Shown piece by piece: positions 1-10,203 of a stretch of 64,000 nucleotides of DNA. The notes below the pieces were generated by a model. The model was not told where the DNA came from and ran no database searches. It worked only from the letters and a program-made list of their open reading frames with translations. How positions within the stretch are numbered: the first letter of the stretch is position 1; the number at the start of each line of letters is the position of its first letter. The stretch is taken from NCBI GenBank assembly GCA_963729805.1, contig CAVSPH010000014.1, forward strand, positions 6,832 to 70,831. Reading direction: 5' to 3'. The position numbers were made by a program, and so were the translations under genes. This DNA comes from Candidatus Bathyarchaeota archaeon (GTDB lineage Archaea; Thermoproteota; Bathyarchaeia; Bathyarchaeales; Bathycorpusculaceae).

Positions 1-1676
1 TTTATCTTATACGGTACATCGTCGTATTTGCGGGTGCCTTTGCCTTCTCGAATGTTGAAAAGTCGTGCCAAGTTTTCTATTCTGTCACCATCTTTGGTCA
101 TTTCTTCAACGGTAATTGGGATACCTGTGGCTAATGTGTAATAATTGGTTAAGTCTTTCCAGCCGTCGTAATATGTGCCTCTGCTGAATTTGCAGACGAT
201 AAGTGAGTCAATTATGTTGTACATGAGGCTTTCTTCTGTTATCATTTTGCCTCGGCCTTTCTCGATCTTAAAGCGATTTACTTTGCCTTTAACGTCAGGC
301 GAGTAAGCTCCATTTCGTAAGTGACAAGCGCCGCGAAAACTGACACTGAAGCCTAGGGCAGCAGTCTTAAGCGTTCGTAAATCATAACCTGGCAATTCTA
401 AGCCTTTGATATGACACGCATATTTGTAAGCGTCTCCACCGATTAATTCAGCAGCTTTAGCAACACCCTCAGCAAGAATATTGCCAAGCCAGCCTTCTCG
501 TTTGCCAATTTTATGGATCATGGCAATTAAGGCCTCTGCATTTCCAAAACGCAAGTCAATTCCATCTGTTTGCTCTTTTGTTATAATACCGTGCTCATAG
601 AGATCCATGGCAAATGCAACGACAACGCCTATAGATATGCCATCCATTCCGTACTCATTAACGATGCGCATAGCTTCAATGATAGCATCTAATCGGTCAA
701 CCCCGCATAATGGTCCCATACTCCAAAGACATTCGAATTCAAGCCTTGAAGTTGAACCCTTGTAAGGTCCTTCTGGAACAACCGCAATGTGGTCACACCG
801 CATTCCGCAGGTTGCACAACCAACAATTTTCTTAACATAATGTTCGTTTAAGTATTCACCACTAACCTTGTCTGCTCCTTCAAAAGTGGCGTTAGTCCAG
901 TTCCGTGTTGCTAGGGCAGATAGAGAATTAAGAACCAAAACGTTTTCTGGCGTCCCTAACGTTTTATACTTCTTAGTTGCTGGGCCCTTCATTCGTTCAT
1001 GGATCATTTTAATGAATTCCTTGAATCCCTCCATGTTTGCTACGTTGACATCATGGGTTCCGCGGACAGCAACTGCTTTGAGGTTTTTAGATCCCATTAC
1101 TCCGCCCATGCCGCTTCTTCCGATGGCGCGGAATTCGTCATTTATGATTGCTGCAAACCTGCAGAGTTTTTCGCCAGCTTCACCGATGGCTGAAACTCTG
1201 ATGTAAAAGTCTCCGAGTTCGTCTCGAATTTTGTTATCTGTGTCGTAAACCGTTGCGTTTTTTAGATATTCGGCGTCTCGAATTTCAACTTTGTCATCAT
1301 CTATCCAAAGGTAAGATAATTTCGGTGCTTTACCGGTGATGACAACTGCATCATATCCTGCGCGTTTAAGGTCTGGACCAAAAAATCCGTGCGCTTTGCC
1401 TTCCCCAACTCCACCTGTAGATGGGGATTTGGAAACAACAGCGTAACCGTTTCCAGCTGTTGGCCCCATAGTACCGCTTAATGGGCCAGTGCAATAAATT
1501 AATGGGTTATCTGGATCATAGGCATCTGTGCCTGGTTTTGAATTGTCCATAAGTAGACGAATGCCAAGGCCTATGCCACCAATGTATTGTTTAGCCATCT
1601 CTTCACTTAATGGCTCGGTTTTTACTTCCCGAGTTGTGAGGTTAACATGTAAAATTTTTCCAGCATAAGAGAACAT
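1..1676 (-). CDS. aor: Tungsten-dependent aldehyde:ferredoxin oxidoreductase family protein (3' end runs off window; absent from ORF track)
   Basis: Manual translation from ATG at 1676: MFSYAGKILHVNLTTREVKTEPL...GGIGLG...KSPSTGG...GPDLKRAGYDAVVITG...GRGGMGGVMGSKNLKAV, later CVGCGMRC and RGACH motifs typical of AOR. Confidence 0.9.
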   Translation of the reverse strand, partial: MFSYAGKILHVNLTTREVKTEPLSEEMAKQYIGGIGLGIRLLMDNSKPGTDAYDPDNPLIYCTGPLSGTMGPTAGNGYAVVSKSPSTGGVGEGKAHGFFGPDLKRAGYDAVVITGKAPKLSYLWIDDDKVEIRDAEYLKNATVYDTDNKIRDELGDFYIRVSAIGEAGEKLCRFAAIINDEFRAIGRSGMGGVMGSKNLKAVAVRGTHDVNVANMEGFKEFIKMIHERMKGPATKKYKTLGTPENVLVLNSLSALATRNWTNATFEGADKVSGEYLNEHYVKKIVGCATCGMRCDHIAVVPEGPYKGSTSRLEFECLWSMGPLCGVDRLDAIIEAMRIVNEYGMDGISIGVVVAFAMDLYEHGIITKEQTDGIDLRFGNAEALIAMIHKIGKREGWLGNILAEGVAKAAELIGGDAYKYACHIKGLELPGYDLRTLKTAALGFSVSFRGACHLRNGAYSPDVKGKVNRFKIEKGRGKMITEESLMYNIIDSLIVCKFSRGTYYDGWKDLTNYYTLATGIPITVEEMTKDGDRIENLARLFNIREGKGTRKYDDVPYKI

Positions 1677-1845
1677 GCTTTTTTCCCCTCAAGTTCTGTC
1701 TATGGAAATCAACTGGATATTATATTAAGTTAATGGATGGTTTGTTTAGGAATTCACGACCAAAAACGTCTTGTTTTTTTATACATAACGCTTTTGAAGA
1801 AAGCGAAAACTTAAACCAAATAGAAACATTCTCTTTTTCTAATAG

Positions 1846-2922
1846 GTGAAAAAAATGAATAGAATAAACGCATTGAGACAATCAGCGTTTAAAGAAGATA
1901 AGTTTGATTTTTTCCTGATTTTTAATAGCTCTAACCTAACTTATTTAACTGGTTTTTCAGGAGCAACTGCTCTTCTAATTCCAAAGCAAGGCGAAAGCAC
2001 TCTATACGTTTCATCAGTTAATTATGAACAAGCAAAAGCTGAAACTAAAGGTTTAGAAGTGGACCTTCTAAAACGGGGCGAAAACTTAATGAAAAAAATC
2101 GCAGCCAAAACGGCCCTAAACAAACTTGCCGTGGACAACTTACCAATTGAATCGTGGCGTGCTCTTGCAAAAGCCGTAGACAGCGAAGAAAAATTAAAGT
2201 CAGCAGGCAACCTAATTCGCGACCTAAGGATGGTTAAGGACTCAGAAGAAGTCAAACTTATACGCGAAGCGTGCAATCTGGCTGAAATAGGCATGCAAGT
2301 GGCGTTTGAAACTGTCAAACCGGGCACGACAGAGAAGCGCGTCGCGGCTGAAGTGGAATACGCTATGCGCAAAAAAGGCTCGGACGGTACAAGCTTTGAC
2401 ACTATAATTGCTTCGGGACCCAGCTCAGCGTATCCACATGGTTCCTGCTCGAACAGAACAATCCGTCCAGGTGACTTAGTCGTGGTGGATTTAGGTGCAA
2501 CCTATCAGTCTTACCGCTCCGACATGACTCGAACTTTCGCGGTTAGTAAACCAACAGAGAAACAAATGAAAATTTATGAAACGGTTAAGCTAGCGCAACA
2601 AAAGGCTTTCAAAGCTTTGAGCCCATACAGTTCAGCGGTTCAAGTTGATTCAGCTGCTCGACAAGTAATTGAGACTGCTGGTTTTGGCGAGTTTTTCGTT
2701 CATAATCTTGGTCATGGCGTAGGTTTGGAAGTTCATGAAGCGCCAACATTAAGCCCTGATAGCAAAGACACTATATCCGCTGGCATGGTGGTGACTGATG
2801 AGCCGGGAATTTATATGCCTGGTTATGGCGGAGTCAGAATCGAAGACACCGTATTAGTTACGCCACAGGGAGCTGAAAGACTCACCACTGGCTTTTACTC
2901 GTTAGAAACAATAGGAAGATAA
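1846..2922 (+). CDS. Xaa-Pro aminopeptidase/prolidase (M24B)
   Basis: Metal-binding motifs VDLGA..YRSDMTRT, HNLGHGVGLEVHE, EPGIY, GVRIED. Confidence 0.93.
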   Translation: MKKMNRINALRQSAFKEDKFDFFLIFNSSNLTYLTGFSGATALLIPKQGESTLYVSSVNYEQAKAETKGLEVDLLKRGENLMKKIAAKTALNKLAVDNLPIESWRALAKAVDSEEKLKSAGNLIRDLRMVKDSEEVKLIREACNLAEIGMQVAFETVKPGTTEKRVAAEVEYAMRKKGSDGTSFDTIIASGPSSAYPHGSCSNRTIRPGDLVVVDLGATYQSYRSDMTRTFAVSKPTEKQMKIYETVKLAQQKAFKALSPYSSAVQVDSAARQVIETAGFGEFFVHNLGHGVGLEVHEAPTLSPDSKDTISAGMVVTDEPGIYMPGYGGVRIEDTVLVTPQGAERLTTGFYSLETIGR

Positions 2923-2948
2923 ACTAAGAAACCAGCCAATTGCGGTTT

Positions 2949-3482
2949 CTAAATTTCAGGATGATTTTTACGCCAAATCCTGCTGTGCAAATACAACGAA
3001 GTTGCTCCAATCATTAGGACCAAAAGGCTGCCGACAAACAGAGTAAAAACAAGCAAGTTTCCGTATCTTGCGATTTCTGCCTGCCACTGCCAAGGATACC
3101 ATTGATTCCATAACGGCCAAGCCCCAATTACTTGATAGGTGAAACCAAGAGAAGTTACAAGTATTGCTGCCTTTTGTTTATGGTTGAAGCTTTCTGATTG
3201 AATATCCCTAATGCAGTACACACTCAAAATTAAGGTTCCAACTAGAGTCATAATTAGTAAGATGGGGACGGAAAAAAACCATTCAGGCATGTAAAAATAG
3301 AAAAATCGCCAATCAACATGCCAATCCCCCACCAAACCAGCATACATGTTAGGCATAACAAACCATAAATCAGCTACTCCAAAAAAAACCAGCCACAAAC
3401 CAATCGAGAATTGGTGGCGCTTGAAAGACTTAGCCAACTTTAATAGGTAATTGTTTTGAGAGTAATCGTTCCCCATGCCCAT
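2949..3482 (-). CDS. Hypothetical membrane protein (about 4 TM helices)
   Basis: 177-aa ORF with four long hydrophobic segments. Confidence 0.65.
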   Translation of the reverse strand: MGMGNDYSQNNYLLKLAKSFKRHQFSIGLWLVFFGVADLWFVMPNMYAGLVGDWHVDWRFFYFYMPEWFFSVPILLIMTLVGTLILSVYCIRDIQSESFNHKQKAAILVTSLGFTYQVIGAWPLWNQWYPWQWQAEIARYGNLLVFTLFVGSLLVLMIGATSLYLHSRIWRKNHPEI

Positions 3483-3498
3483 AGCTCTTTAAAGTTAA

Positions 3499-3575
3499 TG
3501 GTGGGCCCGAGGAGATTTGAACTCCTGACCAACAGATTATGAGTCTGGCGCTCTACCTAACTGAGCTACGGGCCC
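3499..3575 (-). tRNA. tRNA with CAU anticodon, most likely tRNA-Ile2 (agmatidine-modified); CCA encoded
   Basis: Reverse complement GGGCCCGTAGCTCAGTTAGGTAGAGCGCCAGACTCATAATCTGTTGGTCAGGAGTTCAAATCTCCTCGGGCCCACCA folds as a cloverleaf; the GGGCCCG acceptor stem resembles archaeal Ile rather than Met tRNAs. Confidence 0.9.
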
Positions 3576-3654
3576 GCCCCTGTGATCTCTTTCAATAATG
3601 CTATTTCAAATAAGATTTAAACATTTTCCGCATTTCAACTCGCACCCACAGGCT

Positions 3655-4515
3655 TCAACTTTCTGTCCTTTCATAGTGGTACAAGTATTCTTGAGCATAA
3701 CCAGCATATTTTCCAAAGTAATCTCTTCCAAAAGAGCTGAGCTTCTCATATTCGCTATTGCTAAGAGACTCGTGATCTGACAGTTTCTTTACAAGAGACT
3801 CAGGAAGCTGACTTGAATAATGGTTTAAAATTACTCGTTTAACCCAAACATCCACTGGAAAAGCCTCCATTTTCTCAAGTGAAAAAAGCAAAACACAATC
3901 AGCCACTTTCAAACCGACTCCAGGAAACTCCACAAGTTTTTTTCGTGCTTCGAGGTAAGGTAGGCTTTTCAAGGTTTCGAGATCAATTTTTTCTTCGCAG
4001 ATTTTCTTTGCTGTTGCTTGAACGTATTTAGCTCTGTAACCTAAACCACACTCTTGCAACCCCATCTCACTATCATAAGCCAGTTTTTCCGCAGTTGGAA
4101 AAGTGTAAAAGTCCAACCCATCAAACGTCTTTTTTTCCCCAAACTTCATCGAAAGCTTGCTCAGCATCAATTCGATTGCCGCTATGCTCTTGTAGGTTGC
4201 ACAGATAAAGCTGATAAGGCACTCCCAAGATTCCTGCCGAACAATCCGCAAACCCTCAAACCGATGCAAAGCCCTGTTAATGTAATCATCTCGGCCGATG
4301 CATCTACTCATTTGTTCTAAATCATCATTCAAACCAAAATAGCATCTCACGAACTTGTCACGTACGTTTGCAAATTCCAATTCAGCACTGCACTGACGAA
4401 TCTTAAGAATCTTATCACCGACAACCCCATACCACCAATCCCCGATTTTTTTCCACCTGAAAACCTGCCCGCAACAAAGTGAAAAATCCAAATCAAACGA
4501 GACATCAAGCCGCAT
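3655..4515 (-). CDS. 8-oxoguanine DNA glycosylase (Ogg1-like, HhH-GPD)
   Basis: N-terminal CGQVFRW, GLGYRAKY, HhH motif FPGVGLKVADC, FPVDVW, AGYAQEYLY. Confidence 0.9.
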   Translation of the reverse strand: MRLDVSFDLDFSLCCGQVFRWKKIGDWWYGVVGDKILKIRQCSAELEFANVRDKFVRCYFGLNDDLEQMSRCIGRDDYINRALHRFEGLRIVRQESWECLISFICATYKSIAAIELMLSKLSMKFGEKKTFDGLDFYTFPTAEKLAYDSEMGLQECGLGYRAKYVQATAKKICEEKIDLETLKSLPYLEARKKLVEFPGVGLKVADCVLLFSLEKMEAFPVDVWVKRVILNHYSSQLPESLVKKLSDHESLSNSEYEKLSSFGRDYFGKYAGYAQEYLYHYERTES

Positions 4516-4519
4516 GCCG

Positions 4520-6649
4520 CTATTGCTCCATGAACTTTTCCGGCTTAGGCACTTCGGGAGTTAGCCCTTTTCGTTGACGCAAATCGGTTATTACTTGCAA
4601 CGTTAATTTTTGAGGCATTTTTTCCCAGTGATCAAAAAGGGATTGCCAAAAAGCCCTACCTGATGTTGCAGACCGCAGTTCTTTGGATAACCCAAAAGTT
4701 TCAGAAACCGGAATAAATCCGCTAATGACTGTTAGAAGCCCCTTCTGATCAAACGAAGTCACTCTGCCACGTCGACTGCTCAATATTCTTGTAGATTCAC
4801 TCGTTAATTCCGAGGCAACAATGATAACTATTTTATAAACTGGTTCTAACAAGACAGGTTCAGCCGTTAAAAAAGAGCCAAAAATTGCTTTGCCCATTCC
4901 ACGCATAACTTCTAACGAGCTGAAATCACCACCTATTTGAAAATCGACCAAGTTCACTTTTAGATGCCGCACTGGTTCACCACATAATGGGCCATTTTTG
5001 CAAGCATACTCAAATCCGCCGATGATAGTTTCCAAAACTTCTTCAGAGATCTGCTCAGTTTTTCCACTGCAGTCTAACAGGACATTTCGATGTTCTTCCA
5101 CTGAAAGAATATTATCTGATTCTTCAACTTCAGGTGAGTTGGTCTTTTCTTCTTGTCCGTCAGGTTCCACTTGAACATTAAAACTGTTCAGTTTGTTTGG
5201 ACTTTTCGCCAGAGCAAGAACTCCTTTTTTCTCAACGCTCTCCATGTAAACAACTCTAGGCGAAGAAAATGTAACCTTCAATCCGCAGTTGCTTTTTAAT
5301 TGATTAATGGCGACTTCTAAATGTAACTCACCCATGCCGCTGAGAAGGTACTCGCCAGTTTCTCTATCTGCCCTGACATTAAGGTTAGGGTCTTCGTTTG
5401 CAAGTTTTTCTAGTTCTTCAAGCAAAACTGGAATATCTTGAGGGTTTTTTGGTTCTATTGCCAAAGTCACCACTGGCTCGGAAACGTAACAAATTCTTTC
5501 AAAAGGAACCATGTCAGTTTTATGCTCTATGTCAACGAGTGTTTCGCCCGACTTAACCTCACCAGTCAAAACTAAAGAAATCAAATTGCCTGCTGGAACA
5601 AATTCGACTTCCTCTCTTAATGAACCCATGTCAATGGCAACTTGTTTAACATCTGTTTCAGCTAAAGCGTCAACAAGATGGAACTTATCTCCTTTCTGAA
5701 CTTTTCCTGAAAACAATCTGCCAGTGGCGACGGTACCTCCATTCGGGTCAGAATGAACATTCGTCACGCAAAAGACAGTGGGCCCTTTATTATCACAACC
5801 TACCAATGCCTTGCCAATCGGTGAATTGACGTGACCGTCCCAAATCTTCTCTATCCGGTACGCTTGGGCGTCCTTTGGATTTGGAATCTTCCTAATTACC
5901 ATTTCAAAAATTGCTTCGTAAACGGGCAAAATTCTTTGAAGTTTCTCCCCTTCACTTTTCTCATAGGCTTTGATTATGTCTGAAAATTTAACGTTCTTCT
6001 GTTTAGCCATATTTAATGTAAATCCCCAACCATGCAACGCTGCTCCGAAGGCCACGTTACCAAGTGAAGGGTCAATTCTCCATTGGTTCTTGAAGGGTTC
6101 TTCACAAAAGAGTTCTATTAGGTCGTTGAAAGAGTTAATTATATGGTCGAATTTCTTTTGGATTTGATCCTCGGTTAGGTGTAACTCGGTAATCAACCGG
6201 TCAACTTTGTTGATAAAAAGGACTGGTCGTACTCTTTCCTCAAGCGCTTGTCGAGTAACAATTTCGGTTTGAGCCATAATCTCCTCAACGGCATCTACAA
6301 CTACCACTACACCATCGATAACTCGCAAAGCTCTGGTAACTTTGCCAGTAAAATCTACATGTCCAGGAGTATCAACAAGATTGATCAAGTACGAATTATC
6401 GGAGGCTTTGTATAGTAAACTGATGTTGGCTGTTTTAAGAGTAATTTTTCTTTTCTGCTCTTCTTCAAGATAATCAAGCACTCGGGCAGAACCAGCCATG
6501 GCTGTTGAAAGCAAGCCTGCTCCCGCTAACAAGGAATCAGCAAGCGTGGTTTTGCCGTGATCAATATGAGCAATTATTCCTATATTTCGGATAAGCTCCT
6601 TTCTGCTCATGAGCTGTTGAATCTGCACTATATGCTTGAATCTTGGCAT
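4520..6649 (-). CDS. Elongation factor 2 paralog (aEF-2p, EFL1-like) lacking the diphthamide loop
   Basis: G-domain AHIDHGKTT, DTPGHVDF, NKVD; GMGELHLE; domain IV lacks H-E-D-x-x-H-R-G. Start placed at MPRFK (6649). Confidence 0.88.
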   Translation of the reverse strand: MPRFKHIVQIQQLMSRKELIRNIGIIAHIDHGKTTLADSLLAGAGLLSTAMAGSARVLDYLEEEQKRKITLKTANISLLYKASDNSYLINLVDTPGHVDFTGKVTRALRVIDGVVVVVDAVEEIMAQTEIVTRQALEERVRPVLFINKVDRLITELHLTEDQIQKKFDHIINSFNDLIELFCEEPFKNQWRIDPSLGNVAFGAALHGWGFTLNMAKQKNVKFSDIIKAYEKSEGEKLQRILPVYEAIFEMVIRKIPNPKDAQAYRIEKIWDGHVNSPIGKALVGCDNKGPTVFCVTNVHSDPNGGTVATGRLFSGKVQKGDKFHLVDALAETDVKQVAIDMGSLREEVEFVPAGNLISLVLTGEVKSGETLVDIEHKTDMVPFERICYVSEPVVTLAIEPKNPQDIPVLLEELEKLANEDPNLNVRADRETGEYLLSGMGELHLEVAINQLKSNCGLKVTFSSPRVVYMESVEKKGVLALAKSPNKLNSFNVQVEPDGQEEKTNSPEVEESDNILSVEEHRNVLLDCSGKTEQISEEVLETIIGGFEYACKNGPLCGEPVRHLKVNLVDFQIGGDFSSLEVMRGMGKAIFGSFLTAEPVLLEPVYKIVIIVASELTSESTRILSSRRGRVTSFDQKGLLTVISGFIPVSETFGLSKELRSATSGRAFWQSLFDHWEKMPQKLTLQVITDLRQRKGLTPEVPKPEKFMEQ

Positions 6650-6743
6650 AGGCAATACACACAAACAGAATTCCAGTATTGTCGTCGCACATTTAAATTT
6701 ATAATCCTTCGAAGTAATAATCATCACTTAGAAGGACCGATCG

Positions 6744-7511
6744 TTGAAAAAGACCGTAATTGTCCCTGTTGATCAACTGATCCAAGAACCTTATTCATCG
6801 GTCTTGTGCTTTCCAGATTCTGACAAAAATGAACTGCAAAGTCGCCTTCAAGAACTTCGCAGCTTAGGAGTCTCGGCTCTTGAGTTTTCGGGAACCGCTA
6901 GCATCTTTGGTGTTGCGGTTCCAGTGTTGGGCAAGGGCTTTGTCGGCATTGTAGTGATTGCATATGTAAACGGAGATAGGGTCGCCGTTAAAATTCGCAG
7001 ATTAGATTCAGATCGAAGCGACCTACTTCATGAAGCGGTGATGTTGTCTAAGGCAAACTCTGTAGAAGTCGGACCGAAACTAATAGCATCAAGCAAGAAT
7101 TTTCTTCTTATGCAGCTAATTGATGGAAAACTGCTGCCCAATTGGCTAGAGATAAACAAAGATTCAGCATCAGTGAGACAAGTTTTGAGAGGAGTGCTTG
7201 AACAATGCTTCAGATTGGATCAAATCGGGTTAGATCATGGTGAACTCAGCAAAGCACCTAAACATTTGCTATTGGATAAAAATGAGAACCCCTTCATCGT
7301 TGATTTTGAGACAGCTAGCTTGGAACGCAGAGCAGCGAACGTTACAGCAGTTTGCCAATATCTTTTTGCAGGAAACAGCTCTGCATCAAAGGTTTTGACT
7401 GAAATTTTTGGAGTTAAAGACAGATTGGAGTTGATTGACGTATTGAAGGTCTATAAGATAAAGAAGACTCGAGACTCTTTTGAAAGCCTACTTGAAGTTT
7501 GCTTATCTTAG
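6744..7511 (+). CDS. RIO/Bud32-like Ser/Thr protein kinase
   Basis: LGKGFVGIV Gly loop, VAVK, DHGELS catalytic loop, VDFE. Confidence 0.8.
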   Translation: MKKTVIVPVDQLIQEPYSSVLCFPDSDKNELQSRLQELRSLGVSALEFSGTASIFGVAVPVLGKGFVGIVVIAYVNGDRVAVKIRRLDSDRSDLLHEAVMLSKANSVEVGPKLIASSKNFLLMQLIDGKLLPNWLEINKDSASVRQVLRGVLEQCFRLDQIGLDHGELSKAPKHLLLDKNENPFIVDFETASLERRAANVTAVCQYLFAGNSSASKVLTEIFGVKDRLELIDVLKVYKIKKTRDSFESLLEVCLS

Positions 7512-7571
7512 TTCTTAATCAAAAAGAACTTTTGAACAATACTTTTTAGGGTCAATTTCAAATTAGAAGGT

Positions 7572-8003
7572 ATGTCTGAGAATAAAAGGAAGATAGTGCT
7601 GAACTGGAAAGGGAATTTTCGTTTTGAAGCCAAAACCGAGAAAGGTCTTTCGGTGAACTTTGACGCTCCTGCAAAATATGGAGGAGAAGATACGGCGCCG
7701 ACGCCGATGGAAACGGTCTTGGCGAGTTTTGCGGGTTGCACCAGTTTTGATGTTATGACCATCCTAAAGAAGAAACGGCAAGATGTCTCTAGTTATTCTG
7801 TTGAAACTGAGGCTGAAAAGAGTGAGGAGCCTCCTGAAGTTTTCACTAAAATTAAGATCAAATACATCGTTAAAGGAAAGAACATTAGTAAAGAAGCTGT
7901 TGAGAGGGCAATCCAACTCTCATATGACAAGTACTGTTCTGTCGGTGCGATGCTTAAGAAGACCGCAGAAATCACAACTTCTTATGAGATTATACAGGAA
8001 TAA
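7572..8003 (+). CDS. OsmC/YhfA family protein
   Basis: PTPMETVLASFAGC...KYCSV with two conserved Cys. Confidence 0.9.
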   Translation: MSENKRKIVLNWKGNFRFEAKTEKGLSVNFDAPAKYGGEDTAPTPMETVLASFAGCTSFDVMTILKKKRQDVSSYSVETEAEKSEEPPEVFTKIKIKYIVKGKNISKEAVERAIQLSYDKYCSVGAMLKKTAEITTSYEIIQE

Positions 8004-8021
8004 TCTGTTTTTACGCAATTT

Positions 8022-9107
8022 TTAGGCTAAGATGTTTTGGAGTTTTTTCTGTTCTTTTGCTTCTTTTATTTCTTTAGCTATGCGTCTGCCCATGTACATG
8101 TTTTCTCCGTATTTCAGGTAAGCATATGGTGAGGTACCGATGCCAACGTTTGTTCCAGCTACAATTCGTGCTGAAATTTCGAAGGTGAAGATTTTCAAGT
8201 CATCTGTTATTACAGTTTCTAGGCAGAAGGGTCCTATGATTCCTGGAGGTGCGAGTTCTTGGGCTTTCTTGTGTACGCTGTCGCCCATACGCATCATTTC
8301 AGGAAGCAATGACTCTCGCAGCACGATAGGGAAGTTACCTACGACAGTGTAAGTGGGGTTAACTTCTATCTCAAGCTGTTCAAACGCAGGGATTTTGCCA
8401 ATAGAATCAACAGCTGACTCGTAACGCCTATCCATTGCTAGCAACTCCACATCATCATTCAAGATTGAGCTAAAGTAACTAGGATAAACATTTACGCCTA
8501 ATGCATATTCTTGAAGATGAATCTGAGGTAAATCCTCATCCTTAAGCAAACCACGTTTTTTCAACTCATCGAATTTCTTATAGAACGCTTGAGTTGAGTT
8601 AGCTAAGAAGTAGCCTCTTCCACCTTTGGCTCCGGGCAGTTTAACGATAACTAAGCGATCAATATCTTCTGGCGTTTTGAAGGTTGCTGGTAAGCGTAAT
8701 CCGGCTTGTCTTAGCCATTCTTCTTGGGATTTTCGGTTTGCCTCCCAATGGAGGAGTTGGCGGTTTCCAAACATTGGAACAAGAAGGCTGTCAGTTAATT
8801 CTTCAGTGCTCAAATATGCCGTAAATGAGCCATGCGGGATTAGAATAACATTTAGTTTTCGAAGCCTTTCCTGTAATTTTTCATTTAGAAGTTCTGTAAA
8901 GTCTTTTACAATAATTAGCTCATCTACTAGTGGATATTTCTTGTACATTATGGCGTCTTTTTCTTTGCAAATGCATACTGTGCGGAAGCCTTCTTCTTTG
9001 GCGCCTTTGAATATGTTGAGTGAGCTGTGTGATCCTAAGGTGCCAATAGCTAGCTTGTTTTGGTCATACTTCTCAACTATTTTGGTGACTTCTGCGTTGG
9101 TTATCAA
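8022..9107 (-). CDS. purP: Formate-dependent FAICAR synthetase PurP
   Basis: GTLGSHSSL, PHGSF, GAKGGRGYF, GPFCLE, FEISARIVAGTN. Confidence 0.9.
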   Translation of the reverse strand: MITNAEVTKIVEKYDQNKLAIGTLGSHSSLNIFKGAKEEGFRTVCICKEKDAIMYKKYPLVDELIIVKDFTELLNEKLQERLRKLNVILIPHGSFTAYLSTEELTDSLLVPMFGNRQLLHWEANRKSQEEWLRQAGLRLPATFKTPEDIDRLVIVKLPGAKGGRGYFLANSTQAFYKKFDELKKRGLLKDEDLPQIHLQEYALGVNVYPSYFSSILNDDVELLAMDRRYESAVDSIGKIPAFEQLEIEVNPTYTVVGNFPIVLRESLLPEMMRMGDSVHKKAQELAPPGIIGPFCLETVITDDLKIFTFEISARIVAGTNVGIGTSPYAYLKYGENMYMGRRIAKEIKEAKEQKKLQNILA

Positions 9108-10201
9108 GTTACCACTTCCGCAAGTCTCTCTTCTTTAACAGCGCTTTTGATTTCCATAGCAACCCTTCTGCCTGGTCCAACTTCGATGCCGTACTTGTAC
9201 TTCATGTAAGGCGATGTGGGTTCAACGCATGGGCATCCTGGGACCCGGGGGCTGACATCGAATACGAAGAACTCTAAGTCTTTTGTTACTGCACCTTGTA
9301 GAGCGAATAAGCCTATCATTCCTGGCGGGTATTCTTTTTTGCAAGTGCTAACGAATTTTTCTGCCGCTTCAAAGATTTTTTCTATTTGACTCTCTCTCAT
9401 GGTTGCGCCCATATGCCCAATTTCAATGTTTTGAGTTGGAATGTTTATCTCCATTTGTTCTTGGGCTGGGAGGTCTAGGATGCCGTCTAGGTCTGTTTGA
9501 ATTCGTCTGTCAAAGCCCAAGAGGTCAATTTCATCAGTTAAGGGTGACCAAAATAGGTTAGCGTTGAATTTGGCGCCGATAACGTACTCTTCGATTACCG
9601 CGTGATCGAGCGCTTCTTGTGTTATTATGCCTTTGGCGATGCGGTCGCTAGCCATCTTTTTAAATTCCACCGGATTTGACGGGTAAAAGAAAGCTCTTTC
9701 GATTGCGCGTTCTTTTTCTGGAACTTTGACAATGGCTAATCGGTCGATGTCTTTGGATGACTTGAAGGTTTTTGGCGTTGCTATTCCAGCCTTCTGAAGG
9801 AGGTACAGTTGGTTTCGTGGAGTATTGCGTTCCTCTGTTCTAAGCATTGAGCGGTTACCCATCAAAGGCACTGCAAACTGATTCTCTATATCTTCGTAGC
9901 CAGCGTAGACTGAAAATGAGCGATTCGGAACGAAAACTGTGTTTAACTCAGTAAGTTTCTGGACGTTTGTCTTGTTTGTTATCTCAGAGAATTTATCGAC
10001 CATTATTACATAGTCAAAAATGTTCTTGTAATATTTAGTGTAGGTTTTGTCTCTGCCTTTTTGACATACGACAACGGTTTCTAGGTCTTCTTGTTTTGCG
10101 CCTGATGCTATTTCAAGGGCTGAGTGGGAACCTAAAACGCCTATACGAATTTCCCTGGAATTGTATTTTTTGATAACGTGCTTAATCTTATCACTTAGCA
10201 T
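9104..10201 (-). CDS. PurP-like ATP-grasp paralog
   Basis: GVLGSHSALE, PNRSF, ERAFF, DVSPRVPG; tandem with purP. Confidence 0.85.
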   Translation of the reverse strand: MLSDKIKHVIKKYNSREIRIGVLGSHSALEIASGAKQEDLETVVVCQKGRDKTYTKYYKNIFDYVIMVDKFSEITNKTNVQKLTELNTVFVPNRSFSVYAGYEDIENQFAVPLMGNRSMLRTEERNTPRNQLYLLQKAGIATPKTFKSSKDIDRLAIVKVPEKERAIERAFFYPSNPVEFKKMASDRIAKGIITQEALDHAVIEEYVIGAKFNANLFWSPLTDEIDLLGFDRRIQTDLDGILDLPAQEQMEINIPTQNIEIGHMGATMRESQIEKIFEAAEKFVSTCKKEYPPGMIGLFALQGAVTKDLEFFVFDVSPRVPGCPCVEPTSPYMKYKYGIEVGPGRRVAMEIKSAVKEERLAEVVT

Positions 10202-10203
10202 GA

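Noticed and set aside
868-1206. Plus-strand ORFs 868-1206 and 999-1193, and the many similar short antisense ORFs in the track
   Set aside because: They are shadows of well-supported genes on the opposite strand (here AOR)
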